Origin: Octopus bimaculoides
Taxonomy: Eukaryota
Direction: 5' to 3'
NCBI RefSeq assembly: GCF_001194135.2
Contig: NC_068988.1
Location: 33,860,446 to 33,902,218 of the forward strand
DNA: 41,773 bases
A program made the translations under genes and the position numbers. Positions within the stretch are counted from its first letter, which is position 1, and each line of letters opens with the position of its first letter. The notes beneath the pieces were generated by a model, which did no database searches, was not told where the DNA came from, and saw only the letters and a program-made list of their open reading frames with translations. Positions 10,452 to 22,775 of the stretch are shown here, in pieces.

Positions 10452-12954
10452 TTTACTTGTAATTCCCAAATATTTACTCCAAATGAATTGAAACCTATTC
10501 GTTTATTAGAATCAAATCTCTGGATAGTGCTCTCAAGATCTTTATGTATACTACTACATAACAAGACCAATAATGAAATTGCTATTGATAAATTTCTTGT
10601 AATGACTATGGAGGTTAAAGCAAGTGGCACACTAGCTACAAAAATGAACTTGAAGGGAAACGCCGATGTCAAGAAGTTGTTATGCTCTCGTGATATTGTC
10701 GGTGAAATTATATTTCACAAGGATAAATATATAAAATAATTCGCTGTGCAAACCTTATGGTGTGCGTGTGCGTGTGCGTGTAATTAGTAATTATATTGTG
10801 TTAACTCAATAATATTCTTTTAGATATTTAGTAAAAAGTAAACGTCACCACACCCATTCTTTTATTCCCTTTCTTTTCCCTCTCTTTTCCCTCTGTTTAA
10901 CCCCCTCTCTCTTCTTCTTCTTCTTCTTCTTCTCCTTCTTCTTCTTCTTCTTCTTCTCTCTCTTTTTGTTACACAAATATATGCGCGTTACACAATCGGC
11001 GTTTCAACGATGAGAGTTCTGCAAATTTTAAACGCTGTGGTTTCCGCTAAGATTTGCAGACTCGTATTTCGGCTGTTCTGGGTCTTAATACATGAGCACC
11101 AAATGAAAATTCTTCATTTTGATGTCAGTTACCAATTTAAAGTCAGGAAATGATGAACTTAAAGATATGTTGATCCTAAGAAATGTTATTCGAGCTACGG
11201 ATTAAATGCATAACATTTTTATAGGTCTTACTGCTTTTCTTTGAAATCCATTCATATATTTTGGAAACTTGTATTGTGAGATCTCTTGACGCCTTCTAAA
11301 TATGATGCGGTGTTAACTTTATATTTTGTTCCTGCCTAGCGCATTTCTATTGTCAAATACTGTCTAGTAGTTAAATGTTGTTCAAAGGTCCTTTCAAAAC
11401 AGTGAAAAGTATTTTCTTGTTTTGTCATTTTCACATTGTCTACTAAGTCTTATTTATGTTCAGTTCATTTTAATATACATTATTTCCTTTCATTAATAAC
11501 TTGTTTTTGTTCTTTAAACATTATCAAGTGGTTTTCCTGTGATGCATTACATTTTGTTTCCTTTCCTTTTGCCGTTTCGTTACTCTTTTCCTTTATAACA
11601 GTTCTTCCGCCACCCGTTTGTAATTAAGTTTTGATCAAAACTATTTTGCAAGAAACTGAAAGCTATTGAGAGACAGACACCAATTAGAAAACTTACTTTC
11701 TTCTTAATTATTTCAAATTGCACTTATATTTGTCTACAAAATATTGTACATATCTTTATTATACGTTATTGTATTTTTTGATTTAGCAATAATTAAGAAA
11801 TTCCTCTGTAGTCAACACACACGTGCACGCACACACTCATATACATATATATATATATATATANNNNNNNNNNNNNNNNNNNNNNNNNNNNNNNNNNNNN
11901 NNNNNNNNNNNNNNNNNNNNNNNNNNNNNNNNNNNNNNNNNNNNNNNNNNNNNNNNNNNNNNNNNNNNNNNNNNNNNNNNNNNNNNNNNNNNNNNNNNNN
12001 NNNNNNNNNNNNNNNNNNNNNNNNNNNNNNNNNNNNNNNNNNNNNNNNNNNNNNNNNNNNNNNNNNNNNNNNNNNNNNNNNNNNNNNNNNNNNNNNNNNN
12101 NNNNNNNNNNNNNNNNNNNNNNNNNNNNNNNNNNNNNNNNNNNNNNNNNNNNNNNNNNNNNNNNNNNNNNNNNNNNNNNNNNNNNNNNNNNNNNNNNNNN
12201 NNNNNNNNNNNNNNNNNNNNNNNNNNTATATATATATATATATATATCTTTCTCTCCGTATATTTACTTCACCGTAAACCTTATAATTCAATCATTTACG
12301 ATACACGTCTTCAAATAAGTATAGTGCAAAAAACAGAAGCCGTTAAATCTCTTTATTTTTCCTTGTAACCATCGACCCCAGTGAAAAAGACTTTATCCGC
12401 CTTACTATCTTTCATGCTTCCATCTTTATCTCTACATTCAGCTTTTTGCTTAAAATCTCACAAACGTTATTAGGTTTCACACTCCCCATTAACAAACACA
12501 CATCTCTCCATAAAGCTCAGTTATCTTTCGTTATCCCACTCATTACAGCATCCTTCTCTTTTTGCTTACAGTTTTTTTTTCCTTTTAATTTCATCAGTGT
12601 ATCTATGTTTCCGCTCATGTCTTTCTTTCAAACACTCTCTCTCAGCCTCGTTTTCTCTCTTTTTTCCTCACTTTCACTTTTATCCTATGTTGTTCTTTTT
12701 ATACAACGTTTTTTCTTGCAACTATACCTCGTACTTTATACTATGTACATAAATGACTTGTAGATCGGCTCCAATTTTGTTAAACATTAAAGTTAAGATT
12801 TTAGAATCGAGGTCTTCATAAACACAGTTTTGGGCAAAATATGTAATGCCTGCATAACCCAGGCATAGAAATAAAGTTGCAGTTGCATCTGATTGTTCGT
12901 GTACAAAATCATCTAAATTCCTGTAAAATAATTCAAATGGATGAGCAACTGTGC

Positions 12955-13930
12955 GCTTCTTGATATTTGTAACATTCCAGTTAAAACAATGTCTTGCACT
13001 TGTTGTAGAGATAGTATTCAAGGGACCATTCTGAAATAATTTTCAGTTCCCTTTTTGATCATTCCAAGTACTCCTATAATTATTGGTGCAGTAACTGCCT
13101 TGAGATGCCATCAGTTTATTTTTTTTATTTTAATGAGCAAATTATTATATTCCTTGAGCTTGCCAAGTTCTTTTGCTGCAATATTACGATCACAGGGAAT
13201 GCTCACGTCAGTCAATATACAAACTCTATTTTTTTTTGAATTTTCACAATAATATCTGCCTTATTGGCTTTGATGGTTCAATCTGTATGTACAGGAGAGT
13301 CCTAAAGAATCGCTACATTTTTTCCCTCAGTTAAGCCGAATAGTCATGCTCATACCACTTGTCAACTGTTTTGTTTTATGATACCGACATATTAACCAGT
13401 GTAGATATTAGTCAACCTAGTCATGCCTTGATTTTATAGTCTACCGGTGCTAAATATTAAATACTCCACCGTTTCAATGTTCTCAATGCAGAAAGAGCAT
13501 TTTGTGTCTACTCTATTTTTAATCATATTGGCTTGGTAGTTCTGGGTTAATAAGTTTGATCTTCAACAGCTAAGTTAAAGTATTTGCTCTCTGTCTTTAG
13601 AACTAAGCTAGGTAGTCACTGATGGGTGTGCATCTCGTAAAAATCCTCTTGTTTGAAACAAGCCATATATCCATATATTTGCCATGCAGATGCATCTGCA
13701 ACAGACATTTTATTTCACTCCTTGTCCTTCAGTTTGGACATATTCTACATGATTTCGTGTTGTTTTGTACAAATGAGAAGTTTATTAACCCTGTATATCT
13801 CTGTTCCTGTTTTTGACACCTATATTTAGACGACCAACATATCTTCCTTTTTGTTAGTTTATAGAAGGTTTTCTAAGACGTGTATAGTTGAACTTTTGTT
13901 GTGCACCGTTTGACAAATTCGTATGCCATT
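12955..13930 (-). mobile_element. Decayed 3' part of an R4/Dong-type non-LTR retrotransposon (restriction-like endonuclease region)
   Basis: Minus-strand frames give LHGKY (about 13675-13690), YLHWLICRYHK, TIKANKADIIVK (PD-(D/E)xK site degraded to AD), WHLKAVTAPIIIGVLGMIKKGTENYFRMVP and SLQQVQDIVLTG. These match the RLE-bearing C-terminus of R4/Dong ORFs. Many stops and frameshifts. Confidence 0.8.
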
Positions 13931-14109
13931 TCTTGCACATTTACCCATTGGGACCTGACAAGGACCGGACTGCGTAAGATAATATGGTCAGCTTTTTCAT
14001 TACACTTGCTACGTAATTTGTATTTGATGCTAATACCTTTTAGTATATAATCAGCTTAGTTAGTTCTGGCTTTATAGTGGATTTGAGCAGTTAGTATCAG
14101 ACATTCCCC

Positions 14110-14220
14110 TTCTGTAATTATAACAGAGCTTTCAACAATAGTTGGCTTTCACTTTAGTTTATTATCACTCTGTCGAGCCTTACAGGATATTGGCCGTGGG
14201 ATTGTTCCTTTCCTTCAGTT
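14110..14220 (-). mobile_element. Possible second small R4/Dong-type fragment
   Basis: The minus strand reads EGKEQSHGQYPVRLDRV, resembling the W.EKPLHGQY motif upstream of the zinc knuckle. Short and degenerate. Confidence 0.3.
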
Positions 14221-15831
14221 TTTCATTAACATAGTTTATAAATTCATTTTGATTTTTATATTTGCTTCTTTTACAACTTTTATGTTATGCTGTCCTCCTT
14301 TGAATGTATTATTTCAATGTAGTTATTGCCTCGCTTGTTCTTACGCATGTCTTTATTTATGGAGAATAGAAAAAACTGTTTGCCTTACTGTAATTTTCAG
14401 TTTCCCTTTACTTGCTTCCATTTTTCTATCTTACTTGTGTTATTTTATGATAGTTTGCTATTTGTATAATACCCAGCACACCTTGAGTGAAAGGTAGGTC
14501 AATTCTATGTATATTAGATTTGGTATTGTATCTTTGCAACACTGTCAGCAGTTTCCGTTTTCTTTTTCATTCTATCAAAGCTTTCCAATTCACTGAATTT
14601 CCATTTTATTATGCTGGAGGTGTAATGCATAACAAGAATGTCTAGAGTATTTATACCTACTATCTTATTTATAACACTCAAACCAGAGTTTTGAAAAGTA
14701 TTATCCTGGCCGTTCTGTAGTAAACTTCCTTCATGTTTTCTTCATATCTGTGTTTTCCTCATATTGTCTTCTCTGTCATGGTTTTCTATGTAATTCAATT
14801 TTACATACCCGAGTGGCTATAATATTCATAATGCATAAATGTCATTTTGTTTTGATATTATATCAGCATAAGGGCATCATATTTCAGGAGATAGCCGAAA
14901 CGATTCGTGGGACACACATAATTTTAGGAAGGATCTCAGAAAAAATAAATGAGAAGGAGAATGCTTAAAATTATTCAAAATATGAGGCGTAAATTTATTA
15001 CATAATTCTAAACAAGATGTGGTATATTTTCACTCAGCTTATTCTATTGGTACTTTTATAGCATTTTTATAGACAATTTTCTGAAAATCTTTTGCAAAGA
15101 TTTTGCTAGACGCACACAATACAAATACCTACAAGAATAAATATGCGTACGCGAGCATGCGTATACGGGCGTACAATAGAGACAAGAGGTTTAAGAACTT
15201 CCCTTCAGATTTACGAACTTGCAGCTTCGGTCATTCTGCAAGCGTCATTTTTCGATAACTTCGTGTACACCCACCACAAATGAATTATACGGATAATTCA
15301 TCCGGACTTGTTACAGTATGTCCAGCTGACTCGTCTCGCCTGAGATTTAATGTAAGAGCGCCAGAGTCTGTAAAATACTCACCTGTTTACCTACTCTGTC
15401 AATGATGACGTTAATTCATTTGTTCAAGTATTATATACTAATAAAAACGCAAATAAATTTATACAATGCGTATAGACCCTTGCGTTTAAATCAGTTAGCT
15501 CTTTCCAGAGAACTGCTTAAATAAATTGAATAGTTTAATGATTTTGCCATAATTGTTGTTTGTACCAATATACAGAAACATATACACACATGGAACAAAA
15601 AGCGAAAGAGAGAGAGAAAAACTGTAAGACAAAGTTGTTTAGAACTTTTGTTATGTAACATGTGGTGAGCCATAAACATACGTAAATGAATTTGAAACTG
15701 AACCAGGAATTTGCCTTTTCAATACTTTCGTAAAATATTACGCTTTGGTAAAACAAAGAAGGTGCAATGAAATGCAAAGGCGTAGAAGTAGTCGTTGTCA
15801 TTCATAGCCGTTAGTCATATGTTGGTGTAAG

Positions 15832-15898
<67 letters not shown>

Positions 15899-16295
15899 NN
15901 NNNNNNNNNNNNNNNNNNNNNNNNNNNNNNNNNNNNNNNNNNNNNNNNNNNNNNNNNNNNNNNNNNNNNNNNNNNNNNNNNNNNNNNNNNNNNNNNNNNN
16001 NNNNNNNNNNNNNNNNNNNNNNNNNNNNNNNNNNNNNNNNNNNNNNNNNNNNNNNNNNNNNNNNNNNNNNNNNNNNNNNNNNNNNNNNNNNNNNNNNNNN
16101 NNNNNNNNNNNNNNNNNNNNNNNNNNNNNNNNNNNNNNNNNNNNNNNNNNNNNNNNNNNNNNNNNNNNNNNNNNNNNNNNNNNNNNNNNNNNNNNNNNNN
16201 NNNNNNNNNNNNNNNNNNNNNNNNNNNNNNNNNNNNNNNNNNNNNNNNNNNNNNNNNNNNNNNNNNNNNNNNNNNNNNNNNNNNNNNNNNNNNNN

Positions 16296-16334
<39 letters not shown>

Positions 16335-17077
16335 CATACATACATACATACATGCATATATGCACCTACATACACACACACATGTATGTAAGTATGCATC
16401 TATGTATGTATATCATAAGTGAAACTATAATTGTTGTTATCTCTCTGCTACTATGCTCACTGGGTTATGGTCTGGAACGATCAGTTGATGACAATTGAAC
16501 CTGTATAAACTTCTATTGCATAACAGAATGTTTACCTACCCCGTAGGTATATAAACAAGTTCATGCTCTGTATATTTCTTGATAACTCATTTTCACAGTA
16601 TAAATATCAAAAGTGGCATCGATTTCTTCGGAGAGCGTAGTTTTAGTCTAGAGACCACTGACTTATTGACCCTGCTTCACTTCCCTGAAACACTCTGTTC
16701 CACGAATGATTAAGCCAATATAAAATGTATTTTGTCTTACACTACCTGTTCTAGATTACATTACTTCTATTACATATATGCTACTTATTTATTATTATCA
16801 TTGTATTTACTTTCAAGCAGTTGTCTCTTTCTCATGAACGAAACTTAAGTACCCAATACATACGGCAACACGGTAAATTATTTATCTAAAGGTAGCATTT
16901 CACTCTGCAGATATTCCGAATGCTTAATTTGACGAAATACACTCATAGATCTCTGTATTACAACATTTTTTCTGACCGTGTCTTCATGTTTTTTTGTGCA
17001 CGTCATGTACCCAGATATGTATCTATATGTACATGTAGATGAAGGTATGTAGATACATGTACATATATATACATATA

Positions 17078-17120
<43 letters not shown>

Positions 17121-17122
<2 letters not shown>

Positions 17123-17345
17123 GTAAGAGAATAATTTAGACAAGCGTATACTCTCTTCAGATGATACCCAACCAACAGTTCAAGTAGACCCTGATGAAGT
17201 TGCGTTGATAATTAACACCAAAATATAAAGGCTCGCAGCAGAAACGTGCGTAGGTGTTAACAAAAAAAAAATGTGATTAACTGTAAAATAAAACTCGGAC
17301 GTACCTATCTCTGTATGTCTGTTTTCCTGATCTTAATTTCATTAT
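17121..17345 (+). mobile_element. Penelope-like element terminal-repeat (pLTR) remnant carrying a hammerhead
   Basis: A unique segment of about 220 bp between (TA)n and (TG)n tracts, with a hammerhead core followed by an A-run at 17262-17271. The PLE assignment is inferred from the known PLE-hammerhead association; no RT ORF is adjacent. Confidence 0.5.
17188..17255 (+). ncRNA. Type I hammerhead ribozyme motif, minimal PLE-type, predicted cleavage after GUA at 17252
   Basis: Stem I is ACC(17188-90)/GGT(17253-55). The core is CTGATGA (17191-97). Stem II is GTTGCG(17199-204)/CGCAGC(17234-39) with a 29-nt loop and a flanking A/A. Then GAAA (17241-44) and stem III ACG-TG-CGT (17244-51), with NUH = GTA. 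Confidence 0.7.
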
Positions 17346-18798
17346 ATATGTGTGTGTGCGTGTCTGTGCGTATGTGTGTGAGTATGTGTGTGTTTGACAG
17401 AGAGAGAGAGAGAGAGAACATATATCTATCTGCATACATGATCATGTATACTTGCGTTTGGTTGAATATGGATCAATCAATCTGCCAATCTGTAAAACGA
17501 GATTCCTCGCTACCGAGAAGAGCCTTCTTATACAAATTCTTCCTGAACCAGTATTACAAACATTTAGACATAAAAGAAGTATACGATAAAAAGAAAGAAA
17601 AAATAACATATTAATTGCTGCTTATAAGAAGAGAAGCTACATTTGCTCAGCTCTGAATAAATTGTACATAGGACTGTAAGCGACAAATTAAGGCAACATA
17701 TAGGCAAGTATAAAAAAAAATTGAAGAATATAAAATGAATACAACATATATAAATATATATATATATACTGCAAGAGGAGGGGAAAGAGAAAGGAAGAAA
17801 AAACGCCTTCTCTCTAAAAGATTTGACTTCCGTTCTGCAACTTCCGTTTCCGACAGTAAAGAATTAATACAATACATTGCGTCTTCTTTTATCCTTTTAC
17901 TCTCCCTTACCAGTTCTTTGTATCTATTTGTCTCTTTCTCTCCTTCCCCCTCTTTCTCCCCCTCTCTTCCTCTCCTTGTCTCTTTCTTTTAATTCCATTT
18001 TCTTTGTGTTTTCTGCCATCATTCTACTTTGCTGCACTTCTCATTGTCGCATTATATTCATATGCGGATGTGTGTCGACCTGTGTATGCGTGCTTGTGAC
18101 TGTATGTCTGTGTGTCTGTACGTGTATGTGTGCGTGTGTGTGTGTCTGTGTGTCTGTTTAGTGCGAGTGGTAGCACGCGGGAATATGTGTGTGCGTGTCC
18201 ACGTACATGTGTGTGTATGTGCATGCATATGTGTGCGTGCCTCTGTGTGTGTCCGCGTGCTTGTACGTGCGCATCAGTTTAAGCGCTTGTGTGCACTGCT
18301 GCATATGTGCATATATGCATTTGAACAAGTTCCAACATATTTGACTAATTGTGCACAATTATACTAGCATGGTAGAATATGTATATATGCATGTATATAT
18401 NNNNNNNNNNNNNNNNNNNNNNNNNNNNNNNNNNNNNNNNNNNNNNNNNNNNNNNNNNNNNNNNNNNNNNNNNNNNNNNNNNNNNNNNNNNNNNNNNNNN
18501 NNNNNNNNNNNNNNNNNNNNNNNNNNNNNNNNNNNNNNNNNNNNNNNNNNNNNNNNNNNNNNNNNNNNNNNNNNNNNNNNTATATATATATATATTTAAT
18601 GCTTTAGTGTTCGTTTATACATATATCTATAAATATGTAAGTATGCATATAGACACATACACACGCATACCCACATGAAGTATTTGCGCGTACGTATTCT
18701 TATACATACATGCATATATTCATATGTATAGTTGCGAGTATATGCATAAATCAAATGTGACGATGGCGGTGGTGATGGTGGTGGTGGCATTGGTGACT

Positions 18799-18857
<59 letters not shown>
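18799..18857. repeat. (GTA)n microsatellite
   Basis: Seen directly. Confidence 0.95.
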
Positions 18858-18858
<1 letters not shown>

Positions 18859-18990
18859 AGATTAGTAGTAGTAGTTGCAACAGCAGGAAGTTGTTTTATT
18901 CAGTTTCTTCCTTTGAAATGTTTATCTCCCTTGCGTTGTCTGCGCATGTACCTCTTAATCTTATTCTCCTAAACGTAACACAATTTTTCT

Positions 18991-19065
<75 letters not shown>

Positions 19066-19908
19066 CTCTCTCTCTCTCTCTCTCTCTCCCTCTTTTCACG
19101 AATTCATGCAATAAACACTGATTCGTTTGTTCAATCTCACTTCCCTTCTTTTTCTTCTTTCCCTCTTTCTTTTCTCAGCTTATGTTTTCTTCATCCATTC
19201 AACTCCGTCTCCCTGTGCTTTGTGTTTTGTTTTATTCTTTTTTTTTCTCTCTCCATAGCATTGATTTATATTTATTTATAAGTGATATTTTTATTGCAGC
19301 AGTCTTTATTTGGGGGGATTATATATTTACTTCTACACTCCCTTTCCATCATCATCATCTTCACCATCTTCATCATCATCTTCATCATCATCATCATCAT
19401 CATCTTCATCATCATCCTACAATTTCTACCTGCATTACATCAATCCGTAACATTAATATTTTTGTCGTCTTTCATCTCAGAATCCACCATTGACTTATTT
19501 TACATGTACTTCACATTTTGCACAAAACTGTTCTTTAACTCTTCAATCTTTCTCTCTTTCTTATTTACATATACATGTGTGTGTGCATGTGTGTGTGTGT
19601 GTGCGTGTGTGTGCGTGTGTGTGCGTGTATGGGTGTGTGTGTGTTTGCTTGTGTGTATCTGTATATATACACTCTTTCGTCTCTTAGCCATCCCTCTCAT
19701 TCCCTATTTAACAATGCCTCTCACCCAAAATTGTTCTCTCTTTTATTCTGACTGTTATGTCTCTGGTCTAAAATATTTTGCTGTATCTTATTCTTCTGTA
19801 CCATCCTGCAACCTCGCACCACAATCGCTTTACCTTCTGTCTTGGTTTGTAGTAATTCATTCTTCTGCACTCTTTCCTATCATGCCCGTAACCCATTTCC
19901 CTTACTCC

Positions 19909-19939
<31 letters not shown>

Positions 19940-20014
19940 CTTCTCTCTCTTTCTTTCTTTCTTTCTCCCCACCCCCACCATTAAGCACATTTACACATAT
20001 AATATGTACACACC

Positions 20015-20245
20015 GATATACCTGGAACATCATCCATTTCACTGGCCTCAAGTACTCTTCTAGGAGGTACAGCTCCGACTATTTGCGCAGAGGAACAGTC
20101 AAGGTCATTTTCAGTCCTACCACACATAGCCCTCCTCCACTCTTTTTCACCAGTTTAATGCGTAGGCGTTAAGAAATGAAATGGTCAATGGAGAAATCGC
20201 AATATGGTCAGACGATGTCTAATCCGATTCACCACTTCACAACTA
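20015..20245 (-). mobile_element. Possible degraded LINE apurinic-type endonuclease (APE) fragment
   Basis: One minus frame reads VVKW*IGLDIV*PYCDFSIDHFIS*RLRIKLVKKSGGGLCVV...LRPVKWMMFQVYR. This echoes the APE pattern ETW...I..F...R.DR....GGG(V/L)C.YV...YRP. It contains stops. Confidence 0.35.
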
Positions 20246-21012
20246 TCTCCTACTCTTATTCCTTCTGTATTATTTTTATACCGTTGTTCCTCCTAATTCC
20301 TCCTATGTCCTATCATCCTCACTCTTATGCTCTTCTTATTCACTAATATCCTTCTTCACCGATTATTAAAGGCAAGATTGGGTGAAGAATTACACCCCAT
20401 TGCTTTAAAACAGTCCCTATATAGTATTATATACACGTATATTCTAAATAGACACAATGGAATGCTGCCGATCATGAGTTTAATCTATTATGACAGAACT
20501 GCAACTAAGATATAATAAAACTCTTCTCATTTTTAATACTGTCTCTTTTTTTTTTCATTTCTTTTAACTTTTTTCAGCTATTTCTGTTCTCCCTCTTGTT
20601 CCCCCAATTTATTTATCTCCTTCCTTCCTTCCTTTTCTCCTATGTCTATATATTCTTTTCTCTTTCGTATCACATTTCTTTCTGTATCACATTTGTTGTA
20701 TTCGATTTCTGAAAAGTTCCCGGCTTTCGGTAAAAGAAAATACAAGAGGATCAGTTAATTATGATGTTAATCAACATATTCCCCTCTCAGATTTACACAT
20801 TTATTCCAGCGGTCCTTCAGTTTTTNNNNNNNNNNNNNNNNNNNNNNNNNNNNNNNNNNNNNNNNNNNNNNNNNNNNNNNNNNNNNNNNNNNNNNNNNNN
20901 NNNNNNNNNNNNNNNNNNNNNNNNNNNNNNNNNNNNNNNNNNNNNNNNNNNNNNNNNNNNNNNNNNNNNNNNNNNNNNNNNNNNNNNNNNNNNNNNNNNN
21001 NNNNNNNNNNNN

Positions 21013-21066
<54 letters not shown>

Positions 21067-21414
21067 CATCACTCACTCTCTCTTAGTTGTATTCATGATT
21101 TCTTTCTTTGTCTCCAAATCTCCATTCTCTTATATTATCGCAAATTACTTTAAAATGTACTCAATCCTTTACTTTCCTTATAACTTCCACTTTCGTTACT
21201 GCATCTTCTTTATTATACTCCTATTTTTTCACCTTCTTAGTCTCTCTTATCACCTGATCTAGTTTCCCATTTCTCCTTATTTCTTATCTCGTTTTGAAGA
21301 TCTGACACAGAATGCCTCATTGCGATCATCGTTACATTTGTCTTTTTTTTATCTCTGAAAATCTCTCCAAACTAGTCCTCCAATGAAGTTCCTAAATGAA
21401 TTCGAAAGTCTAGA

Positions 21415-21552
21415 GAAGCGTTCTAGTATTTCTTTCAGCTCTTTACGTTCTGAGTTCGAATCCCATGGAGTTCAACTTTCATCCTTTCGTTGTTGATAAA
21501 ATAAAGTTCCAGTCAAATAACCGAATCGATGATATTAAAAATTCTCCCACCC
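21415..21552 (+). mobile_element. Diverged tRNA-derived SINE fragment
   Basis: CTTTACGTTCTGAGTTCGAATCCC...CTTTCATCCTTTCGTTGTTGATAAAATAAAGTTCCAGTC matches the other copies. Confidence 0.65.
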
Positions 21553-21569
21553 GCCTCAGGGGATGCCTT

Positions 21570-21810
21570 GAGGGGAAGATTCTGCCAAGTCGATCTCTTC
21601 TGAAGACAATGTCCCCGTTTATTCAGGGCAAGTTGCAATGAACCCCACTGGATCGCGCAGAAAGAGCTGAATGACCTTGCCCGTCATTTGTATCTATTTA
21701 AGCGGGGGTCAGAGCTCCTGGCATTCTGGCTTAAGCAGTAGAACCTGGTCAAAGCAGATGTAAAGATCACTAGAAGGAAGGTGAATTTGTGGTTGTATTT
21801 CAGCAGAAAT
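21570..21810 (+). pseudogene. Transposase fragment resembling Chapaev3 (CMC superfamily)
   Basis: The frame starting at 21637 reads NEPHWIAQKELNDLARHLYLFKRGSELLAFWLKQ*NLVKADVKIT. This matches the remembered motif P..FTQ.ELNDLVRDL.LSK..AELL.SRLK..NLL...TKIT and is preceded by an acidic/serine stretch. No TIRs seen. Confidence 0.6.
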
Positions 21811-22685
21811 TCCTTTATAACAGGTTTTAGTGTTGCAGACAAACGAAGTGTTATGAGTGTATTCTAATTTACAAAAATTATGCTACATGTGTAAGGCTTA
21901 GCGCACTGTAAATATCATTAGACTTTTATCCTATTCGCCCTGAGATAAGGCACTGAGATAAGGGAATATTAAATAATTGGTGATCATTCTGATTTTCTTT
22001 ATGCATTTTCCTCTGGTTAATGTGTATGACTTCTTAATGAATGTGGATCTCGCTGTTACTAGATTAACAATTTTATTTATGGACCGGGCGGGTCAACCTC
22101 GATCTTGAGCAATATATATTTCATGTCACATTAATTCTGTTTATTCATGAGGATAGGAGTACCAGCCGAATGCAGTTAAAACCTTTGCTCCCTCCAACTA
22201 CCACATCTTCGTGTTCTACTAATTGGAGAACGGACAAGTGGGGATCTATATCTTACCTAAAACAACTAGTGATAGCATACTACATGTTTCCAAAGTTGTA
22301 CGTGCTTTTGAGTGATGGCTGTTCTTGTTTGCCTTCTTGTTTCCGCATAAATATAATAATAATTAGAATTTCCAGTAAACACCAGCTGCTTTGAGCTCCA
22401 TTGCGCATTAAGTGTTTCTTAGTTGGATGTCTGTATTCCTCCGATGGGTTCTCTCCGTTATTAACTTTGCTAATGCTGCTTCTTTTTGTTTAGCTTTTAT
22501 TTTTTTATTTTTTTGTTATTGTCTGTATTGTTATTATGATTGTTCTTCCTCTTGTTGCCGCTGCTGCTTCTATTGTCAACGGAATGCTTGTTGTCTCCTG
22601 CATTCTTGGCGATATTATTGATTAGTGCCAATATTGTTGTTTGTGTTGTAGTTGAAGTTATCATTGTTATCATTCCTATTTCTAC

Positions 22686-22775
22686 TGATGATGATGATGG
22701 TGATGACGACGATGACGACGACGACGACGACGATGACGACGATTGACGATGATAATGTTGATGACGGTGACGATG
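22686..22775. repeat. (GAT/GAC)n trinucleotide tract
   Basis: Seen directly. Confidence 0.9.

Noticed and set aside
11014-11063. Hairpin TCTGCAAAT/ATTTGCAGA with 25-nt loop
   Set aside because: A 9-12-bp stem is expected by chance or inside an old transposon; no recognisable RNA family.
12722-13021. 99-aa ORF as a standalone host gene
   Set aside because: It overlaps the R4/Dong C-terminal coding frame out of phase and has a TTG start; kept only as a low-interest exonisation check.
15383-15395. 13-nt minus-strand micro-exon between TGACAG and GTGAGT
   Set aside because: No polypyrimidine tract, length not a multiple of three, and no supporting neighbouring exons.
20021-20130. Minus-strand exon-like frame MCGRTENDLDCSSAQIVGAVPPRRVLEASEMDDVP with CAG|GTATAT
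   Set aside because: There is an in-frame stop shortly upstream with no acceptor between, and another frame of the same DNA fits a LINE APE motif better.
19282-20172. 296-aa plus-strand ORF, the longest gap-free ORF
   Set aside because: Built from (CAT)n, (GT)n and (CT/CTTT)n tracts with no recognisable domain; its 3' end is antisense to a probable LINE endonuclease remnant.
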